The notes under the pieces: generated by a model
Seen by the model: the letters and a program-made list of their open reading frames with translations, nothing else
Database searches by the model: none
What the model was told of the DNA's origin: nothing
Shown here: positions 57,461 through 64,000 of the stretch, one piece after another
Layout of the letters: each line of letters starts with the position of its first letter
Position numbering within the stretch: position 1 is the stretch's first letter
Position numbers and translations under genes: made by a program
Assembly: GCA_030695905.1 (NCBI GenBank)
Contig: JAUYOL010000043.1
Coordinates: 128,998 to 192,997 of the forward strand
Origin: Candidatus Omnitrophota bacterium
GTDB taxonomy: Bacteria; Omnitrophota; Gorgyraeia; 2-01-FULL-45-10
Reading direction: 5' to 3'
DNA: 64,000 nt

Positions 57461-58327
57461 TTACAATCCCGCTGTCTCTAAAACAAGCGGGACCTTCTTA
57501 TCCCAGCCTATCGGCATGATATGTATGCCCTGACACAACGGCTTAAGCTCTCTAATAAGCCGCGCAGCTATCTCTATCGATTTTGCACTCTTATCTTTCG
57601 TCTCTTCCATCTCTTTAATAAGATTGTCGGGCACGAAGACTCCCGCGACATTCTTATTCATATATCTTGCCATTCCCGCGGATTTCAGCAATACTATGCC
57701 GCCCAATATCTTTGTCTTTAAATGCCGCGTGGCGTCCAAGAATCTTTTGAATAACTCCATATCGTAGATAGCCTGCGTCTGGAAAAATAGCGCGCCGGAT
57801 TCTATCTTTTTCTCCATCTTTATGATTTCCGGCTCGAGCGGATCCGCGCCCGGGTTTACTACCGCGCCTACACAGAATTTTGGCGCCCCCTTTAACGCGT
57901 TGCCTTTCATGTCCTTGCCTTCCTGCAAAAGTTTTATCGCGTCCAGAAGCTCAATAGAGCCTAAATCAAATACAGGCTTAGCCTCGGGATGATCGCCGAG
58001 CGTCGGATAATCCCCCGTAAGGGCAAGCACATTTTCTATGCCGAGTATGGCGGCGGATAATAGATCGGACTGTAACGCAAGCCTGTTCCTGTCACGGCAT
58101 GTCATCTGCAATATAGGCTCGATGCCCCTATCCTTTAAAAGATGGCACACCGCAAGCGAACCGACCCTTAATACGGAACTTTGCAGGTCCGTAACATTTA
58201 TTGCGTCGACCTTGCCCTTTATAAGATCCGCATCTTCGAGCATCTCTTTGATATCGGTCCCTTTTGGGGGACCTATCTCGCTTGTAACTAAAAATTTGCC
58301 GGCTTTAATCTTATCGCAGAATGTCAT
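57461..58327 (-). CDS. metF: Methylene-THF reductase MetF
   Basis: EIGPPKG, NVTD, QMTCRDRNRLALQSDL, LTGD, FQTQ, GIHIM. Confidence 0.93.
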   Translation of the reverse strand: MTFCDKIKAGKFLVTSEIGPPKGTDIKEMLEDADLIKGKVDAINVTDLQSSVLRVGSLAVCHLLKDRGIEPILQMTCRDRNRLALQSDLLSAAILGIENVLALTGDYPTLGDHPEAKPVFDLGSIELLDAIKLLQEGKDMKGNALKGAPKFCVGAVVNPGADPLEPEIIKMEKKIESGALFFQTQAIYDMELFKRFLDATRHLKTKILGGIVLLKSAGMARYMNKNVAGVFVPDNLIKEMEETKDKSAKSIEIAARLIRELKPLCQGIHIMPIGWDKKVPLVLETAGL

Positions 58328-58339
58328 CCCGTATTCCTA

Positions 58340-58389
58340 TCCCACCGCCGCGGTGGGAATGTAGCTAACTACACGACACCGCGGCGGTG
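58340..58389. repeat. Two inverted copies of the CACCGCGGCGGTG repeat between folD and metF
   Basis: TCCCACCGCCGCGGTGGGA hairpin (58340-58358) and ACACCGCGGCGGTG (58376-58389). Confidence 0.6.
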
Positions 58390-58401
58390 CAATTCATGAG
58401 T

Positions 58402-59265
58402 TTAAAACATAAAACTATTCTTAAACAATTCAACAGTATTACGCATAAGTATAGTAGTTGTGATCGGCCCTACACCGCCGGGAACAGGCGTGATGAAAGA
58501 CGCTTTTGCTGAAGCGGCCTCAAACTCCACATCGCCGACTATCTTGTCCGCTACTCTATTTATCCCTACGTCTACAACAATAGCGCCTTCTTTTATCCAA
58601 TCACCTTTTATTATACCTGCCCTGCCTACCGCAACGACCAGCACCTCGGCTCTTTTTACATGATCGGCAAGCACGCCTCTTTCGCCGGTGGCTATGTGAC
58701 AAACTGTCGTCGTCGCGAATTTATTTAGTAGCATCATGGCAAGCGGTTTGCCCACAATCTCTGAGTGGCCGACTATAACCGCCTCTTTCCCGTATAGATT
58801 TACTTTTGATGATTCCAATAATTCCATTACAGCCATGGCCGTACACGGGCCTATCCTGTACTGGCCCAGCAATATTTTCCCGAGGTTTTCCGGATGCATG
58901 CCCTCGGCATCTTTTGCGGGCGATATAAGATTAACTATCCTTTTTGCGTCTATACCCTTTGGCACCGGAAGCTGTAATATTATCGCCGATACGGCCGAAT
59001 TACTATTTAACTCTTTAACAATATCTTCCGCTTCGGCCTGTGTAATCGTCGCTGGTAAGACTTTAAGTTCATACTCTATTCCAAGATTTTCCGCCGCCTT
59101 CTTCTGCGCTTTGACATACACGGCGCTCGACGCGTTATCTCCCATCTGCAAAGCAACCAGCTTAGGCGTCTTGCCGCTTTTAGCTTTAAGCGCTTCGACA
59201 TCTGATTTTATCGACGTTCTAAGTCCTTCCGCTATTACTTTACCCTCTAAAAGTGCCGCACTCAC
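58402..59265 (-). CDS. folD: Methylene-THF dehydrogenase/cyclohydrolase
   Basis: YVKAQ, QLPVP, KDAEG, PCT, GHSEIVGKP, DVGIN, TPVPGGVGP; GTG start with SD GAGGAGGT. Confidence 0.95.
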   Translation of the reverse strand: MSAALLEGKVIAEGLRTSIKSDVEALKAKSGKTPKLVALQMGDNASSAVYVKAQKKAAENLGIEYELKVLPATITQAEAEDIVKELNSNSAVSAIILQLPVPKGIDAKRIVNLISPAKDAEGMHPENLGKILLGQYRIGPCTAMAVMELLESSKVNLYGKEAVIVGHSEIVGKPLAMMLLNKFATTTVCHIATGERGVLADHVKRAEVLVVAVGRAGIIKGDWIKEGAIVVDVGINRVADKIVGDVEFEAASAKASFITPVPGGVGPITTTILMRNTVELFKNSFMF

Positions 59266-59864
59266 CTGATTACCTCCTCGCATTTTTCCAAGAACTCTTC
59301 TTTTAACTTCGGCAGCTGCTCCTCCATCGGCTGCAGGATATTGTGGATACTGCCGATAAAATCCATATCCTTTATATATCTCATATTTATGTAGACGTTG
59401 TACTTCGCGGCAAAGAACGCGCCCTCCAGAAATATAACCGCTATCGCCGTATCCGTTATTAAATTTTTATTGCCGCATTCGATCAATCCATCGCATAATT
59501 TTAAACATTCCGCGGATATTCTGCATATATCGCAGGGAGGTTTTATGGCTTCTTTGTAGGCCATCTCCAGTTTCGAAGCGTCCTTAGTCTCCTTCATGAT
59601 CTTCGACAATTTACTATAAGCTTCTACATCCATATCGATAAGGGCTTCGAGTTCTTTGCGCGCTTCAAGCGTCCTATTTAATATTTTCTTCGCATTCTCT
59701 TCGCCGGATTTATATTTCGGATTGCCTATAGTGTAATTTGCGACCATAGACATCAGCGCTACCCCTGCAGCCGCAGTAAGCGCGGCCGCGCTTCCGCCGC
59801 CAGGTGCCGGTTTTCGGGCAGCAAGATCACTTAAATAGGCTTCTACAGATCCTTTAATGTACAT
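59262..59864 (-). CDS. fchA: Methenyl-THF cyclohydrolase (FTCD C-terminal family)
   Basis: PAPGGGSAAA, MVANYT, GNKNLITD, YNVYIN; start at MYIKGS with SD GGGAGGT. Confidence 0.9.
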   Translation of the reverse strand: MYIKGSVEAYLSDLAARKPAPGGGSAAALTAAAGVALMSMVANYTIGNPKYKSGEENAKKILNRTLEARKELEALIDMDVEAYSKLSKIMKETKDASKLEMAYKEAIKPPCDICRISAECLKLCDGLIECGNKNLITDTAIAVIFLEGAFFAAKYNVYINMRYIKDMDFIGSIHNILQPMEEQLPKLKEEFLEKCEEVIR

Positions 59865-61522
59865 ATCTTCGACCTCCCTTTGGCGTCGACATCCATGCAC
59901 TCGCCCACCGGATGAGACGGCAGGCTCGGCATGGTAAGAATATTACCGCACAGCGCATATAAAAATCCCGCCCCGGCTGATGGGCGCACCTCGCGTATAG
60001 GCAATACAAAATCTTTCGGAGCGCCTTTAAGTTCCGGGTCATGCGACAAGGATAATGGCGTCTTTGCCATGCATATGGGCAATTTTGCCAAACCCAGTTT
60101 TTCAAAAATCTCTATATTTGCCTGGGCATGCGGCTCGAAATTCACATCTTTTGCGCCGTAAATTTTAGTGGCAATAATACGCATCTTCTCTTTTATGGAT
60201 ACACCGGACGGATACAGGCGCCTGAAATTACTCTTTACGGAAGCGGCCTTTACCACCGCCCTCGCGAGATCCTTACCGCCTGCCGAGCCTTTTTTATAAA
60301 CTTCGCTTGCCACGCAGTCAAACGCGCCGGAGCTTAAAGCTATCTTTTTAACCAAATCTATCTCTTTGTCGGTGTCTGTGGCAAATCTGTTGACGGCGAC
60401 AACGCAAGGCACGCCGTAAATGAGCACATTCTCTATCTGTTTTTTTAGGTTCTCGCAACCTGATTCAACTGCCTTTAAATCTTCTTTTTCGATCTCTTTG
60501 CCCAGCGCCTTACCCACGGTCATTTTGAACATTCCGGAATGTACTTTAAGCGCTCTTATCGAACATACCAGGACTGCGGCATCGGGCTTGAGTCCACTCT
60601 GGGCGCACTTTATATTAACAAATTTCTCCATCCCGCAGTCCGCTCCGAATCCGGATTCCGTAACCACAAAATCCGCCAATTTCAGCCCGACACGGTCGGC
60701 CAGAATGGAGCTGCTCCCATGCGTTATATTCGCGAATGGCCCTGTATGTATAATGCACGGCGTATTCTCGCCTGTCTGCACAAGGTTTGGCTTTATAGCG
60801 TCCTTTAATAACAGCGCCATGGCTCCCGCGACATGGATATCTTCGCACGTAACGGCCTTGCCTTCTTTGGTAAGGGCAAGGACTATCCTTGAAAGACGCC
60901 TCCTTAAATCCGGTATAGACTCGCATAATGCAAGGATAGCCATTATTTCGCTTGCCGCTGTTATGCAAAATCCGGTCTTCCTTTCGACGCCATGCTCACC
61001 GCCGCCTAAGGCTATCATGACGTTACGCAGCGCCCTGTCATTTACATCGACTACCCTGCGCCAGTATATCCTATCCGTATCTATGCCTAATCCATTGCCT
61101 CTATATAGATGATTGTCTATAAATGACGCACAAAGGTTATGAGCCTGGCTTACCGCGTGTATATCGCCTGTTAAGTGCAGATTGATATCGTCTTCCGGCA
61201 GTACCATAGCCTTACCACCGCCAACTCCTCCGCCTTTAACACCGAAGAACGGCCCGATAGAGGGCTGTCTTATGCAGGCAACCGTTTTCTTGCCGAGCTT
61301 ATTCAGGGCCATCGATAGGCCTATCGTAGTAACGGTCTTTCCCTCACCCAAATGCGTCGGGGTGATGCCCGTTACAACGATATATTTGCCCTTTGACCGT
61401 AAATTCTTTTTAGACTTGAGGATGTCCAGGGATATCTTGGCCTTATGGTAACCATATGGCTCCAGATATCTGTTTGATATACCGAGCTTTGTGGCAATTG
61501 AATTGATTGGCTTTAGCGTCAT
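59843..61522 (-). CDS. fhs: Formate-tetrahydrofolate ligase
   Basis: TPTHLGEGKT, GVKGG, NLHLTGD, GPFANI, TESGFGAD, CMAKT. Confidence 0.97.
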   Translation of the reverse strand: MTLKPINSIATKLGISNRYLEPYGYHKAKISLDILKSKKNLRSKGKYIVVTGITPTHLGEGKTVTTIGLSMALNKLGKKTVACIRQPSIGPFFGVKGGGVGGGKAMVLPEDDINLHLTGDIHAVSQAHNLCASFIDNHLYRGNGLGIDTDRIYWRRVVDVNDRALRNVMIALGGGEHGVERKTGFCITAASEIMAILALCESIPDLRRRLSRIVLALTKEGKAVTCEDIHVAGAMALLLKDAIKPNLVQTGENTPCIIHTGPFANITHGSSSILADRVGLKLADFVVTESGFGADCGMEKFVNIKCAQSGLKPDAAVLVCSIRALKVHSGMFKMTVGKALGKEIEKEDLKAVESGCENLKKQIENVLIYGVPCVVAVNRFATDTDKEIDLVKKIALSSGAFDCVASEVYKKGSAGGKDLARAVVKAASVKSNFRRLYPSGVSIKEKMRIIATKIYGAKDVNFEPHAQANIEIFEKLGLAKLPICMAKTPLSLSHDPELKGAPKDFVLPIREVRPSAGAGFLYALCGNILTMPSLPSHPVGECMDVDAKGRSKICTLKDL

Positions 61523-61548
61523 TATATTAAAATAATTATGAGATAATC

Positions 61549-61577
61549 ATTCTAATATAAGTGGGCGGGCAGGTCAA
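61549..61577 (-). promoter_or_regulatory. Sigma70-type promoter upstream of fhs
   Basis: TTGACC-17 nt-TAGAAT. Confidence 0.6.
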
Positions 61578-61587
61578 TAGAATTTAC

Positions 61588-62358
61588 CTATTTTTCAGCA
61601 CAGGCTGCAGAAATAAGGTAAAGGCCTTTTAATGTCAGATCTTCGTCCGCCATCTGTATGGATTTAGCGTATTTTTTGATGAGTTTGGAGTTTCCGCCTG
61701 TGGCTATAATTTTCGCATCTTTACCCAGGATCTTCCTGTATTTGGCCGCCAAACCGTCGATCATAGCGCCAAAACCGAATAAGATGCCGCCTCTCATGCT
61801 ATTTACAGTATCCTTGCCTATGATAGATGGGGCATCTTTTAACTCTACTTTTGGCAACAACGCCGTTCTTCTGTAAAGACTTGATAACGATAATTCTATT
61901 CCCGGCAATATAAGCCCGCCCAGATAATCGCCCTTTTTTGAGATTATATCGAAGGTTATAGCGGTCCCCGAATCAACCACTACTGCGGGAGCGCCGTAAA
62001 GCATCTTGGCCGCATAAGCATTCACAAGCCTATCCTGCCCCACCTCTTTCTTTATCCTGTATAAATTTTTTATCGGGACTATCTTGTCTTTGCCTAAAAC
62101 GGTTATCTTTATATCAGATGATAGCTTACGGAGTTCCACTATAAACCGCGCTAATGACAAAGGAACGACGCTCGATATTACCGCCTCGCTCACATCGCCT
62201 ATTTCGAAATGCGCCCGCGCTATAAGAGCTTTTATGCTACGGGCGTATAAGGAATATGAATTGGTCGGAATCTTCGTCTTCCTGGACAGCTTATTGCCTT
62301 TAAATAATCCAACTGTTATATTTGTATTTCCTATATCTACCGCTAATATATTTTTCAT
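61588..62358 (-). CDS. coaX: Type III pantothenate kinase
   Basis: VDIGNTN, SSVVP, VGQDR, DSGTAITFD, ATGG. Confidence 0.95.
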   Translation of the reverse strand: MKNILAVDIGNTNITVGLFKGNKLSRKTKIPTNSYSLYARSIKALIARAHFEIGDVSEAVISSVVPLSLARFIVELRKLSSDIKITVLGKDKIVPIKNLYRIKKEVGQDRLVNAYAAKMLYGAPAVVVDSGTAITFDIISKKGDYLGGLILPGIELSLSSLYRRTALLPKVELKDAPSIIGKDTVNSMRGGILFGFGAMIDGLAAKYRKILGKDAKIIATGGNSKLIKKYAKSIQMADEDLTLKGLYLISAACAEK

Positions 62359-63332
62359 CTCGCTATCACCACGTCTCCAGAGGAAACTTTTTCCAGCACT
62401 CCTGAATCCAGCCGCACAACAAGCGCTCCGTCCGGATCTATATCATGAGCCAGCCCTTCGAATGTCCTGCCTGGCAGGCTTATCTTTACCCTCGATCCAA
62501 GCATGTCGGATAGATTCTTCCACGCTTCTACTATAGGCTCAAATCCTTTGCTGGCCAATAAATTATAACATCCTTCAAGTCTTTCCAGGATATTTTTTGT
62601 CAGTTCAACTCTTGATACCGCGCCTTTTATGCTGCGCCTGACAAGCCCTTCTTTTAATGAGGTGCCGGTTTTGGGCAACTGCTTAGATGGCGTATTCACG
62701 TTAATTCCTATGCCTAAAATAACAAAATCTACACAGTCTTGCTGGGCTTTCATCTCCGTTAAGATACCGCATATCTTCTTACCGTCTAACATTATATCGT
62801 TGGGCCACTTTATAGAAACATCAAGCGATGTAACTTCTCTGATCGCCCTAGTCACCGCCACTGCCGCCAGAAGAGTTATTCTCGGTATTTCATTCGGGGC
62901 TATCCTGGGTTTCAATATGCATGACATGTACACACCACCCTTCGGCGGAGAAGCCCAGCGCCTTCCGTGCCTGCCTTTACCTTTGGACTGTTCTTCCGCG
63001 AGAATTATCGTGCCCTCCTTTATTCCTTTTTCCGCCAATTGATAGGCTAAATCATTTGTTGAATCGACTTTTTTATACGATATTATCTCTTTGCCGAAAA
63101 CTTTTGTTTTCAGTTTCCATTTTATCTCGGAAGATATGAGCGCGTCGGGTACTGTTATAAGTTTATAGCCCAGATGAGGCACGGCTTCTATTTCATAACC
63201 TGCCTTGCGCAAGTCCTCTATGTGTTTCCATATAGCCGCCCTGGAGATGCCGGCATACTTACACAGCTCTTCGCCGGAAACATAGGAATCCCTGCTATGG
63301 CGCAGTACGTTTAATATCTTCTCGTCCAACAT
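62355..63332 (-). CDS. birA: Bifunctional biotin ligase/repressor BirA
   Basis: w[42 protein letters not shown]. Confidence 0.96.
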   Translation of the reverse strand: MLDEKILNVLRHSRDSYVSGEELCKYAGISRAAIWKHIEDLRKAGYEIEAVPHLGYKLITVPDALISSEIKWKLKTKVFGKEIISYKKVDSTNDLAYQLAEKGIKEGTIILAEEQSKGKGRHGRRWASPPKGGVYMSCILKPRIAPNEIPRITLLAAVAVTRAIREVTSLDVSIKWPNDIMLDGKKICGILTEMKAQQDCVDFVILGIGINVNTPSKQLPKTGTSLKEGLVRRSIKGAVSRVELTKNILERLEGCYNLLASKGFEPIVEAWKNLSDMLGSRVKISLPGRTFEGLAHDIDPDGALVVRLDSGVLEKVSSGDVVIAR

Positions 63333-64000
63333 TCTCTTTTAACTCCTTTATCTGGTCGCGAAGGATGGCGGCGCGTTCAAACTGCAGATTCCTTGCCGCG
63401 ACTTCCATATCGTGCTGTAATTCTCCGATCAATGACGTAACATCATACTCGTCGTCATTCTCCTCGACGACACTCTCAATAACTTCACGCGCTTTCTTAT
63501 ATGACTCGATGCCCTCCCTGACAGCCTTCTCTATCGAGCGCGGAGTTATATTATTTTTCTTATTAAATTCGATCTGTATCTCCCGGCGGCGGCTGGTCTC
63601 ATCCATGGCTCTCTTCATGGATTTTGTAACGGTGTCCGCGTACATCAGCACTTCGCCGTTTATATGGCGTGCCGCGCGGCCCGCCACCTGTATAAGGCTT
63701 GTGCCGGAACGCAAGAATCCTTCTTTATCAGCGTCGAGTATCGCCACCAGTGAAACTTCCGGCAGATCCAGCCCTTCTCTTAATAAATTTATTCCAACGA
63801 GACAATCGAACTTTCCTAACCTAAGGTCTCTTAGTATCTCTACCCTTTCTATAGCGTCGATTTCAGAGTGCAGATATTTCACTCTCAAGCCCATATCTTT
63901 TAAATAGCGCGCCAGGTCCTCTGAGAGCCGCTTTGTAAGAGTGGTGACCAGAATTCGTTCTTTTTTCTCGGCGCGCTTTTTTATCTCACCGACAAGATCG
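63295..64000 (-). CDS. uvrB: Excinuclease ABC subunit B, C-terminal part (starts beyond window)
   Basis: [47 protein letters not shown]. Confidence 0.96.
   Translation of the reverse strand, partial: DLVGEIKKRAEKKERILVTTLTKRLSEDLARYLKDMGLRVKYLHSEIDAIERVEILRDLRLGKFDCLVGINLLREGLDLPEVSLVAILDADKEGFLRSGTSLIQVAGRAARHINGEVLMYADTVTKSMKRAMDETSRRREIQIEFNKKNNITPRSIEKAVREGIESYKKAREVIESVVEENDDEYDVTSLIGELQHDMEVAARNLQFERAAILRDQIKELKENVGREDIKRTAP

Noticed and set aside
51628-61522. Selenocysteine readthrough or frameshifts in Wood-Ljungdahl genes
   Set aside because: ORFs are full length with no internal TGA at catalytic positions.

Overview
Bacterial chromosomal segment from an anaerobe; gene order and short palindromic repeats suggest Candidatus Omnitrophota, but that is inference only. 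All protein genes lie on the minus strand; only tRNA-Gly is on the plus strand. Reading in the direction of transcription (high to low coordinates): uvrB (partial)-birA-coaX; a Wood-Ljungdahl cluster (fhs-fchA-folD-metF-cooS-cooF-FAD oxidoreductase-acsB-[GT-C]-acsC-acsV-cooC-acsD-acsE-panB-panE-second acsE-SemiSWEET-like); an intergenic array of long imperfect inverted repeats; housekeeping genes (mnmA, ArfB-like, two aldolases, larE, tRNA-Met, tilS, ftsH, folP, cdaA, a CdaR-like mini-ORF, pdxJ, acpS, nnrD); tRNA-Thr/Tyr/Gly around a nucleotidyltransferase two-gene cassette; CIRCE-controlled groES-groL; guaB-like, dnaE, HU/IHF, hisS, aspS, ybeY, dgkA-PAP2, recO; and a cobalamin riboswitch heading a cobamide operon that runs off the left edge. 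The first two genes of that operon are a 38-aa peptide missing from the ORF track and a radical SAM/SPASM maturase (CbpA/CbpB type), the best candidate for an uncharacterised system. Other notable features: an apparent ATC start for cooC, the nnrD stop codon inside tRNA-Thr, a His-rich insertion in CODH, and a 16-codon ORF bridging aspS and ybeY. No CRISPR array, transposase or integrase was seen.
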